DNA of 64,000 nucleotides, from positions 13,516,001-13,580,000 of the forward strand of contig JBHGNT010000012.1 in NCBI GenBank assembly GCA_043228905.1, read 5' to 3'. The notes below the pieces were generated by a model. The model was not told the DNA's origin. It did not search any database and saw only the letters and a list, made by a program, of their open reading frames with translations. Position numbers and translations under genes: made by a program. Origin of the DNA: Azolla caroliniana. Its lineage: Eukaryota; Plantae; Polypodiophyta. Within the stretch, counting starts at the first letter, position 1. The number at the start of each line of letters is the position of its first letter. Below, piece by piece: positions 1 to 11,058 of this stretch.

Positions 1-224
1 TTGGCATCATCACTATGTCCACCATCCATTTGTAATGCATAGCCAATGGGTAAGTCGGATGAAGTCCATCTCGATGGCGAATATTCAAAAACATTTGACA
101 TTCCTTACATGTTTCCACATAAGCTGCTACATCTTTGTAGATGCCCGGCCACCAATATTTCTCCTTAAGCTTTGCAAACGTAGCCCATATTCCTCGATGG
201 CCTGCAAAAACACTATCATGAAAT

Positions 225-2480
225 TCAGACATTAGTTTTGGTTGGTCTTCTAGCTTGCAGACAACTCTCATCGGAGTCCCATTCCTTTTTTGCATGCCTC
301 CAAAGAGCTCCATCCTTAAGGAAATACTTGTATGCCTTCTTCCGAATTCGATGGAAGCCTTTCGTCGACCATGATACATCTTTTTGGAGAGAACTCAAGT
401 ATTTCCCGATCTCCACGACTTCGCCTTCGTAGTCCTCTTCTATGAAAGTAGTCAACACCCGAGCATAGGAACTTGCAAAGAAATCCAAGCCAACATCATC
501 TTCATCAGAATGTCGATCATCTTCTCCGTCGTATCTCGCTCGTGATAGCATGTCTACAACGACATTACGCTTCCCAGCTACATGACCGATCTCCGGGTTG
601 AGTGATTTGATATATGCAATCCAACGCAACATGGCAATATCCGGTGTATTACAACCAGATATCATACCCAAATTTGGTAGGCAATCAGTCTCAATTATGA
701 CTTCTGCTCCAATAAGGTAATCATGATCAGATTTGATTGCCGAGACGATCCCCCATAGCTCCCTCTTCACTTGGGCATACCTTCTTTGCCTGTCACTTAA
801 CACTTTCGCGCCAAACCGAATTGCATATCGGTTGCAATCTTCATCTTCTTGGTTGATAACCCATCCAATTCTGATTGGACTAGTATCCACAGTCACAAAA
901 ATGGGCTTGCCGTATGAATAGTCCGCTTTCCGTAATGCAGGTGCCTCCATCAATAATTTCTTCAGCCTTCGGATGACGATTGTATGCTCGCTCGTCCATT
1001 CGAACATCCGCTTCTTCTTTAGTAGACCATATAATGGCTCAGCAATGTGGGCGTAGTGTGGAATCAAAATATGATAAAACGCACATGCTCCAAGGAACCT
1101 TCGAACCTCCATTTGGGTTACACATTCTTCTTTCATGTCTTGGATTGCATTCACCTTGGATGGTGAAGGCTTCCGACCGTATGCTCCACACAAGTGACCT
1201 ACCACCAGGATCTCCGGTTGCCCGAATGCGGATTTTTCTCCCGAAAATGTCAAATTCGCATCTTCGAGCCTTTGGAGCACCTTCCCGCAATCTTTCATAT
1301 GATCCATGACAAACTTTCTACATCCATCCTTATCTTTTGATTCATCCTTCTCTTCATCCGAACATCCTTTTATCGGAATATCATCTAAGAATGGCATCGT
1401 GATATCCGGGATGCAATCCTTCAAGACCTTGTTGATGGCATTCACCATATGAGCCACCGAGTTCGTTGCGCCTTGAGGTAAGGTACACATCCGCATCAAC
1501 CCGATTGGAGTTCTCATGGTTGTAATGTCACGACTGTCGACCGCCAACTAGAATTGATAGTAGCCAGAGTAGAGATCGCCGATGGAGTAGATGGACCGGC
1601 CCGCAAACGCCTCGGAAAATTCATCCACACTCGGACCGATTCCAGCATTCCGAATTGTCACCTTGTTGACGGGTTGAAGATCTTGAATGAATCGCAACGA
1701 TCCATTCTTCTTTGGCTCCGTGAACCACCTATTAGAATAAGGAGCATTCGACGGTTCTAGAATTCCCATCCTAACCTTCTCCTTTAAGAGCTCGATCAGC
1801 TTCGGTAGGTGTGCTCTCGGAACCGGTATCGGTTTCAAATTCCAAGGCACATGCGGCACCGTGAAGATCACCATCGGTTATACCGTCCTTGGATTAGCAC
1901 ACCCGATTTCTTGTGGGAAAAACGTGAAAGCCTTCCCATGTCTTTCAAGCATTCCACGAAACATCCGCTCCTCTTCAGGGAGGAGGAAATCCTCCCTTCC
2001 AACTCGTAGCTTTCCCTTCGTCTCTTCCGTGAAGATGTGACCAATTGTATTTGGGTTCCTTAAGCTTGGATCTTTTGCAACTTCCTTCATCTTTTGCCAA
2101 CTATCTTCCGGTAGCGGAACTGCAACTGGCTTGATCTTCCTATCCATGGTTTTATATTTTGTGTTGACTTCGGCTTCCTCTATCAAGATGCCTCAATGAT
2201 ATTCATCGATGATAGTATACATGTTGACGGAGTTAACCGAAATCACATGTTGATGGTGAGGATAGCTCAAATCCACGACTTCCTCGATTTCGCCGATGGT
2301 GTCATTAAATGAGGCTTCCTCCAGAATATATGACACGAATTCTTCCTCTTTGATTATGCTTTCTTCTTTCAGCACCTCCTCGAAGTCTTGTATCTGACAC
2401 TTTTCCTTCTTGTTGAGTAGTCTAAGTTTGCATGCGCCGCCAGGTGTGACGCATGTTGCTTCTCCTTGCAATCCACGCAC
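225..2480 (-). pseudogene. Element 1 pol: reverse transcriptase and RNase H, broken by in-frame stops
   Basis: ORFs 2193..2480, 1878..2186, 1548..1874 and 225..1547 share one frame; motifs LPQGATNS, FLDD, VTVDTS, ELWGIV, ETDC. Confidence 0.93.
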
Positions 2481-2545
2481 TTTGCTTCCTTGTGGGGACT
2501 TATGATTGCTCGGACTAGTTGTGCCCCATGCTTCAATAGTCCGCT

Positions 2546-4762
2546 TTAAAAACCTGAGGATTCGTCTCCAAGGCTATCTCGGTTCCTTTCATGATTAGCT
2601 CGCACTGTCAGGAATTGAACGGATCTTTTACTATCAAGACTCTTGACGCGCGCGAAGGCTGCTCCATTATCGAACACCTTGGTCTCCATCCGGGACGATG
2701 TTATATATGGTTGTCCTAGGATGACGGGATGTGAAGCCGAGTCTTGCACGAAGAAGTGTTGATCAATCTCTACATCCCCGATCGTGACTTTAACGTTGGG
2801 GCAAGCTCCGTACAAGTCCTCCATAGCCTTCGTCGCCGCTCGAATCTTCCATCCGTGCTTTGTATTAATCGGCCATCTTCCTTTCTTGTAGAACTCGGTC
2901 GACATGAGGTTGATCTCTGAGCCATGGTCAATCAAAGCGACCACGGTCTCTTTCTTCTCCCCAATCTTCACCGGTGTCTCCGTTGTCGCTCTTGCCCAAT
3001 GAGGCCGCGAGTAATGGCTATCCGCCACCACTTCTTCTTCTTCCTCCTCTTCCGATCTTGCCATGGTTATGGCACTTGTTTTCACCTCCTCTTCATCAGA
3101 TTGTTGCCACTTCCTTTTAATAAGGTCCACGATGGTATCATGGAACTCCTTCTTTGTGATCCCAAGTAGCTCTCTCAAGGTAAGGTCGACATGACTATCT
3201 AAAACCTTCTCCTCAAGGACCTTCCGCAAGTTAGTTGTTTGTTCTATGTCCGACCTTAGCTTGTAAGTCAGTGCCACTCGTTCTTTTCCTTTCTTCGTTG
3301 ATTCTTCGACTTCCATCTGAGCAGGTTGGCTCGATCCACCAGGCTTCATGTTTCTTTCACCAATCTCTTTTCTTGGGATAGGTTGGGGTGGCCCTTCTTT
3401 CCCTCCGTTCCTTGTGTTAGGTCGCTTTGATGTGCCATCTTCTTCACCGGTTCTCTTCCTCTTCTCTTCGACAAGGGCTTCATAGGTGTCACACACAACC
3501 TCCGCAAAGCTTGTGTTTTCGTCGATTGGATCTGACCATCTGGTACCTCGTCGCACGTTTCGGTCAGCAAGTTTTAGATCCTCGGAATTGATTTTGCCTT
3601 TTTCTTCGCACTCGAAGACCGTTGGCCAAAACCCAACTCCTGGCTTGATCATTTTAAAATTCTCTTTTCCAACTCGTATCCCAGCCGAAGCGGCATAGTG
3701 CATAGCCTCCACATGCCTTGCATCTTCTTCTTCTACAATCTTTTTCAGCCCACCTCTTCTGAAATTCACTCGTAGTGGCTTCCGGGTCTCGCTCGAGTGA
3801 ATCATGTTGCCGTCCAAATAGACGACATTCTTGCGGATCGCATCTTGCAAGTCAACACATTCCCTTCGTGAGTGTTCAAAGCTATCGCACCACACACATC
3901 TATACGCTTCTTTTCCCTTGGGCCCGCGTCAACGTAAGTTGGCTAACGATACCGCTTCAAACTTCTTGGAGAGCTCTTCGATTATAGACTCCACCATTGC
4001 TTTCTTATCGAAATTGTTGAACGGCTTGTTAGACTCGATCGTAAGAGGTGCCTTCCTCCACTATTGTGGATTCTCCATATCAGTTTCCTCTTGCCGTTGT
4101 TGACGCTTATCAAGACGGCTACAAGCCTTCTTCACTACCGCCCAGTCCGCTACCAAGCCACTAGGTCGTGTTTCATCCTCCAAAAAGTTACCCAATTCAT
4201 GCCGATCTTTCACATCCACTGCCTTCAAGAATAGTAGGACTTTATCTCCATCAAGAACTTGTTGATCAACACTCGGAATTCGGTTATACTTCTGGTCGAA
4301 TTCGGCATATACTCCAGATGCACACATATTCTTTCCTTTCTTCTCAATCCAAGACATCAGCGTATGTTGAGTCATCTGTGATGCGTCTTCAAGCATGTAT
4401 TCAGCGAGAAGCGCCTTTTCGAACTCCGCCCAAGTTGCATGCTCGTTTTGAATCTCCATGACGTGCTCGCGGATCCCTGGTTCCATCACACGTTTGAAGC
4501 CAGAAATTTGTTTGAGATCATTGACATCCCTTTGTTGCATCTCATTCCGATAGGTAGCAAGAAAATCTATGATGTTCTTGCCACTAAATTGTCCGGCTAT
4601 CTCAACCGTACGATCAACAGCTTTGTCGATTAGAGCTTCTCGATCTCTCACCTTCAGCATGTATTCCACTACGGACACCATGCCTTTCGTTAATTCCTCT
4701 CCTTGAGTTCCACTTGTGGAAGCCATTGTTGCACTTGATATCCTCCCTACCGCCTCTTTCAC
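2546..4762 (-). pseudogene. Element 1 gag and aspartic protease
   Basis: gag ORF 4061..4762; knuckle-like CxxCxxxxHxxxxC at start of 2546..3895; protease motif ALIDHGSEINLM and ILGQPY. Confidence 0.9.
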
Positions 4763-4775
4763 GTCGGGTTCACCA
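4759..4775 (-). promoter_or_regulatory. Primer binding site, tRNA-Trp type (TGGTGAACCCGACGTGA)
   Basis: 4 nt inside the LTR; complementary to the plant tRNA-Trp 3' end as I recall it; same motif at 18919..18935 and 63154..63170. Confidence 0.8.
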
Positions 4776-4779
4776 AAGA

Positions 4780-5891
4780 TGTCGCGAAAATACGACGAGG
4801 ATACGTGAACTTTGACGCAGGACCCCGGGGCCTTCGACCGGAAGATATCAGATTTGTATGATTATATTAAACAATTAATACAAAATGATAAAGATTCACA
4901 AATTTCATTAATAAAGGGAAAGAAAGATTACAATTAATCCCAAGATTGGGATTAAAAAAATTTGCTAATGGAGATGACTAGAGTAATAGATTAGAAGAAA
5001 TGAAATATGGATTTAATTAGAATATTAGGATTTTTAGCATCAATTCAAAAATTAGGGTTTTTGAGTTATATGGCTTTGATTAGGAAATTAGGGTTTATGA
5101 CTTCCGTAAGGAAATTTAGGGTTCTTGGCTTCAATAAGATAAGAGAGCTCCGAAGGAAAAGAAGAACAATATAATATGGAGAGAGCCTATCAGTATAGGA
5201 AAAAAAATGGAATTATATATGGAGTTCCTCGTTGATCATATGCCTCCACTTTTTGTTGCATGGCCTCTACTTTTAGTTGCATAGCTTTTCTTTTCGTTGA
5301 ATCTATTTTTAGTTGCATGCGACCGTCCACTTGACCTTTACTTTAGTCTCTTTTACCTTTCTTTAAATAGCCACATGATCCTTTTGTCCGTTTGATTTGC
5401 GTCCAACCTCATACGGTCGCCGGTTCCGCCCGATCGCCGAATCCCTCGTCGGCCGGTTCCGGTTCCGGTTCCAGTTTGCTTGCCGGTTCCAGTTTTGGAT
5501 TTGCTTACCGGACCCGTTTTCTGGATTTGCTTACTGACCGGTTTCCAGATTTGTGTACTGGCCGGTTTCCGGATTTAGGGAATTTGGCCACCATCATCCA
5601 TCATGACAAAGTGGCCAAAGTGCTCTTAGAACAAATGAAAAATGAGGGAGCTCAAGGTGCTTATATAGCCAGGGCCTTAAGTTTCCTATCTATGTGGGAT
5701 AGTTCTAATTTCTCTATCTTCTTGACAAACTTTATTTTCACATAACTTGATATGTATTTCTCCATTTTGTATATAGTAAAATACATTTGGAAGCTCTTGA
5801 GTATATCCATCTTTCTATAGTAAGCTACTAATCTAATCTATAATAATTATTTCATTATTTTTTTACATAGTGTGTGAAGATTCACACGACA
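4780..5891 (-). repeat. 5' LTR of element 1
   Basis: TG...CA ends with 5-bp terminal inverted repeat; adjacent PBS; CCGGTT-rich repeats at about 5420..5575. Confidence 0.85.
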
Positions 5892-7433
5892 ATGGATTGA
5901 AGCAAGCTCCCCGACAATGGAACTGGAAGTTCGACTCCTTCATGACCGACCAAGGGTACCACAAGACGCAAGCCGACCACTAGGTGTTCCTGAAGAACTT
6001 TGATGGAGGAGACTTCCTAATACTCATGATGTATGTTAACGACATGCTGATGTCGAATGGGACCGTATCAAAATCGTGATGTTGAAGAAGACCTTGAGGA
6101 GATCCTTTTGAATGAAAGATATGGGTCTGACGGGGTAGATCTTACGGATGCACATAGTCCAGGACTGGATGAAGAAGCTATTGTGGCTGTCAAGAGAAGT
6201 ACATGACAAAGGTGCCTTAAAGGTTTAGCATGGCGGATGCAAAGCCAGTCGGGTTGACACTTCCGAAAAACTACAAGCTGTCCGGGAAACAAAACCCGAA
6301 GACAAAGGCGGAGAAATTTGAGATGACGAAGGTACTATATTCCTCAGTAGTCGGAATCCAAAAATACGCAATGGTGTGTACCTGAAAGCAGTTGGAATGG
6401 TTAGTCGGTTCATGATCAATCTGAGAAGAGAGCATTGGGCAACGGTCAAGTGGATCCCCCAGTACCTGAAAGGTACCTCAAGCATGTGCCTCTGATTCGG
6501 CTCAGGTAAATCTCTTTTTGAATGCTTTACTGATTCAGACATGTCGGTTGATGTAGATACCATCCGGTCCACATCAGGATACGTCATGACCTATGCAGGG
6601 GGAGTCGTATTGTGGCAATCGAGACTGTAGAAATCTACGGCACTGTTGACAAAGGAAGCGGAGTACATGGAGGTTATATAAGCTGGCAAGGAAGTAATCT
6701 GGATGAAGGAATTCATCGGATGGTTCACATTTGGATACGTCATGACCTATGCATGGGGAATCGTATCATGGCAATCGAGCCTGTAGAAATCTATGGCACT
6801 GTTGACAACGAAAGCAGAGTACATGGAGGTCATAGAAGCTGGCAAGGAAGTAATCTGGATGAAGGACTTCATCGAAGAGCTGGGAATCAACAAGAGGAAT
6901 TCTGACTCTACTGCAATAGTCAAAGTGTTATCCACCTTGCAAAGAACGTGACCTACCACTCCAAGACCAAGCAAATCTAGAGAAGATATCACTGGCTCCG
7001 GGAGAGGGTAGAAGACAAAGACTTTGGTCTGACGAAGGTCCACACAAAGGAGAACGTGTCGAACATGTTGAGCAAGGTGTTGTCGGTTGAGAAGCTAGAC
7101 GTGTGCTGGGGACAAATCGTATTGACAAGGCAACCCATGTCATAGTGAAGGGGGAGTTTGTTGGGAAATTGGTCCCTCCAGATGGAAACTGGACGAGCCG
7201 GATCCGGTGTCAACCAGCAGTAGGAACATATTAGTATTCCTCATTGTAGTATTCCTCTCTTCTATAGTGATCCTATTCAAAGTTTGTGAACTCCCGTGGT
7301 TTTTCCTCTTGAGGTTTTCCACGTTAACATATAGTGTAGTCTCATTCCTGTGTAAGATATTAAACTCTACTTTCTTTCTTGCTTCTTCCGTTGTATGTTT
7401 GGATCTCAGTTGTGGCCGAGAATGATTCTTGAC
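5892..7433 (+). mobile_element. Ty1/Copia remnant: RT 3' half, RNase H, PPT and 3' LTR (about 7159..7433)
   Basis: Reads GLKQAPRQW..KFDSFMTDQGY and RNase H homologous to Copia H; PPT GAAGGGGGAG at about 7147; LTR starts TGTTGGG; about 160-bp tandem duplication in RNase H; LTR end approximate. Confidence 0.85.
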
Positions 7434-7525
7434 AAGTCGAACAATAGCATTCAACTGAACAGACTCAACAGAGATAAGCATCGACAACGACATATCCAGT
7501 CGAACATGTTCCAAAAGCCACTATG

Positions 7526-7913
7526 TGTCATGATATGGCAAGATTCGAACCCATGACTTTATGTTACATGGGTCGAGCCCTTGCCATTAGACTATACATT
7601 GTAATACGAAGGATATTACTTTCATTTATTATTTCACTATAGAAAATTGATGTATATTCCAGATATCTCTAGAACATTCTAGAAACTTCAAGAGTACTCT
7701 TGAAATTACTATATAAGGAGGCACAAGGAATTATTTCGAACCAAATCGGTTCAACGCCAGTCTTAAGCCTCCGAGCTATCCTTGTATATTCTTTCTACAT
7801 AATATATCTTTTGTCATCATCATTCTCTCTCTCTCTCTCTCTCAAGTGTTCTACACCCTCTTTTCCTCTTAGTACCAATCTTCATCTCTTCTATCTCAGT
7901 ACTATTCCTGACA
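7526..7913 (+). repeat. 5' LTR of chromovirus A
   Basis: TGTCA...TGACA ends; TATA box at 7710; high similarity to 33704..33970; right end inferred because the partner LTR is truncated. Confidence 0.8.
7531..7600 (-). other. Degenerate tRNA-like segment (Pol III A/B boxes) inside LTR A
   Basis: Minus strand reads TAGTCTAATGG (A box) ... AAGTC ATGGGTTCGAATC (B box); anticodon arm not intact. Confidence 0.65.
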
Positions 7914-8029
7914 GTTTGAACCTATTTCCTCTCCTTCCTCCTCTTCCTTTTATCTTCTTACTTCTCCCTCCCTTCATACTAATCTCTTATTCCTCTTTTC
8001 TCTTATACTATGGCCACTATTAGCACTCA

Positions 8030-9500
8030 AGAATATCAATCCGTTTTCCCGGAGTTGCAATTCTTGAAAGAGAAGTTTCTCGTATTGGAACAAGAAAATC
8101 AATGATTGTCGGGGGATCTTCAACAAATCTCCTTAGAGAAGCAGAAAACGCAACAATAACATGGGGAACTAGTGTTACGTGTGCAACAGCTCAAAGCGAC
8201 CATTGTAGCATTGCAACAAGAAGGACCAAGTATGCAAGGGATTCATAAAGAACCCAAGATCGGCCTTCCTATGAAATTCGATGGAACGTGATCACGGTTT
8301 AGAGGATTTCTTAATCAGGTACGATTATTCATTCAAATGCATCCTTTCCGATATCCCACCAATGCATCACAAGTGAGTCTAGTAGGCACGTTGTTAAGTA
8401 GCTCAGCTTTGGCATGGTTCGTTCCATTGTTAGAAAAGGAATCTCCATTACTAAACAATTTTGAAGAGTTTATAATTAAGTTTAAAGCCTCTTTTGGAGA
8501 TATTAATAGCATCAGGACAACAATCAACAAAATCCAACAATTACGTCAAGGTGACCGTCCAACCTCTGCATACGTTGTAGATTTCCTTCTACTCACCTCC
8601 GATATCCCCTGGGATGACCAAGCATTAATGGAGCAATTTCAATATGGCCTACATACCAATGTCAAGGATTTACTCTTGACCTTCCCCGAAAAACCAAAGT
8701 CATTGATAGAAACAATCAGTCACGTAGTACGATGCGATAACCACCTCTTTGAACGACGTTCGGAACGGCGTTGTAGCAAAGCCTTTCCCAAAGGAGTCAT
8801 TTAATACATCTCCAACAAATACTCCGACTCCAATGGAAATCGACATGACACATCGTCGTGGACCACTATTATAGATCACAGTACTAATGTAAGCTTAAGA
8901 TAAGGATAATGAAAAGATAGATAGAAAGGAGAAAGAGAAAGAAGGGTGCCGATCCACCCGACCACCCCCGAGCGAAGGGATCGAGACGGACTCGAGCCTC
9001 GATCGGCGTCCCATACCACCGCCGTGGCGTCGAGTCGTACCTGGTGCTGGCGCGCTCGCTACAAGAGTTGACCCACCACACGAGCAGAGTCTCGATGTAG
9101 TCAAAAGATGATCAAATGAGGGTAGCTAGGCCTCTTATTTATAGCGATACCCAAGGCCCCCAGGCAAGTTCACACTTGACCTAATGGTTGTCTCAATCCC
9201 GAGGATTAAAAGTAATCCTCCCCTTCTTTACACTCTCATTTAACCCTCACACTTATCCACGTGTATAGAATACTACGGTAAATTCTTACCACGGGATATT
9301 ATATGGTCATGCCCGTAACAACCACTAACGGAAGAAGAAAAGCAGCGACGCCGGCCAAATTAGTTATGTCTTTATTGTGGTGGAACAGGGCATATTGCAG
9401 TGAACTATCTAAAACCGAGTCTATTTCTCTTGGTGTGTCTGATAGTCCTAATAGCCCAAGCCTTTCAAACAAATTTGAAATCCTTAGTCAACTAAGAGAA
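8030..9500 (+). pseudogene. Chromovirus A gag (Retrotrans_gag type with zinc knuckle)
   Basis: PMKFDG, ALAWF, LRQG, RGPLTEEEKQRR and LYCGGTGH motifs; split by insert 8869..9320. Confidence 0.85.
8869..9320 (-). mobile_element. Truncated B-family LTR with filler DNA, flanked by 7-bp duplication ACCACTA
   Basis: Similar to 9550..9997; ACCACTA at 8862..8868 and 9321..9327; gag frame resumes after it. Confidence 0.85.
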
Positions 9501-10029
9501 GAGTTAAATGATTAAGTCCAGCCAAAATAGGAGCCGTTTGGTTGGACAATATTAGAGATATGAACTAATGTAAGCAAAGGATAAGGATAAAATATAGATA
9601 GAAAGGAGAGAGAGAAAGAAGGGTGTTGATCCACCCGACCATCCCCGAGCAAAGCGATCGAGACAGACTCAAGCCTTGATCGGCGTCCCATACCACCGCC
9701 ATGGCATCGGGTCGTACCTAGTGTTGGCGCACTCGCTACAATAGTTGATCTACCAAAAGAACAGAGTCTCGACATAGTCAAAGATGAGGAAATAAGGGTA
9801 GCTAGGCCTCTTATTTATAGTGATACCCAAGGCCCCCAGGCAAGTTCACACTTGGCCTAATGGGTTGTCTCCATCCTGAGGATTAAAAGTAATCCTCCCC
9901 TTCTTTACACTCTCGTTTAACCCTCACACTTATCCACGTGTATAGAATACTACGGTAAATTCTCACCATGAGATATTATATGGTCATGCTCGTAACATAC
10001 CCCCTCCCCCCCTCTTTAAAACATTGTAC

Positions 10030-10571
10030 TCTTGCAATGGAAAGTTAGGGAAGTTAGTTTGAGAGTATTTTCGCGTTCCCATGTGGCATCTTTTATTGAT
10101 TTATCCAGCCATTTTATTTTAAATTCTCGGATTTCTTTAGTACGTAATATTTTGTTTTAACATCGAGAATTCTTTCTGGTACATGTGGTTTAGAAGATAA
10201 TTCTTCAGAAGTAACCAAAGTTTCAGTTGTAGCTATATTGTCGCCAGAACCTAGAAGTTCTTTTACACAACTCACATGAAAAACTAGATGAATTTCAACA
10301 CCATCGGGAAGAGCAAGACGATAGGCTGATGACCCAATGCATTTGAGGATTGTATAAGGTCCACAAAACCATGGGGCTAAGTTATCGCACTTACCCTTAA
10401 ACAATGTCTTAGAATTCTGAGGTACACGTAAAAATATCTTCTGTCCAGGGTTGAATACACAAGGTTGCCTATGATGGTCGGCATAAAAACGCGCTCTATC
10501 TTGAGCTGTTTTTATATTATCTCGTGAAATATGCAACATATCTTGCATATCTCGAAGAAAGTTTTGCGTAC
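10030..10571 (-). pseudogene. Element B integrase C-terminus and chromodomain-like tail
   Basis: GPY motif (CGPYTIL), AYRLALP, HLVFHVS, PERILD. Confidence 0.85.
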
Positions 10572-11042
10572 TGTTACCGATTAGGAACACTGTGTACGGT
10601 TAGTCCTTCGACCTAGACCTCAAGGTGACTGCGTTGCAAGGAATGGTACCATCGCACCATATTACATAATGGGATACTTCCCCATATCCTAGTAGCGTAT
10701 AAGGGAGACGGCTACAACCGAACTCCTTAGGAAGTGCATTTAGTATCCACACTTACGCCTACACCTTTACGATTATAGTCCGCCACAGAGAACAAAGAAC
10801 ACAGTAGATAAAACCACAAAATATGCACAGAAATCAGAGAAGATAGTATTCTATTAGAATAAGGCTCTATGCATCAAAATTACACGCTACCTCTTATAAA
10901 GGATTTCTGCCCTTTATATACCCAAGATCTTTTAGCCGTTCACGCTTCCCGCGTGAACCGTTACATATGTTTCTTTCGGTTTTACTATATTCTAATATTC
11001 CTGCGCTTCTGTCCATAGGTTACTATTCCGGCGGACAACACC

Positions 11043-11058
11043 TGGCACGCCTGTGGGA
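11043..11058 (+). other. Inverted PBS-like site TGGCACGCCTGTGGGA at the PPT position of element C
   Basis: 2 nt from the 3' LTR; shares TGGCACGC with the canonical PBS on the opposite strand. Confidence 0.7.

Larger units (their letters stand above)
1..5891 (-). mobile_element. Ty3/Gypsy LTR retrotransposon 'element 1' (non-chromovirus, moss/fungal-like lineage), 3' part outside window, inserted into a Copia RT
   Basis: Order gag-PR-RT-RH-INT on minus strand; 5' LTR 4780..5891 with TGTCG...CGACA ends; tRNA-Trp PBS; Copia RT sequence resumes at 5892. Confidence 0.92.
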
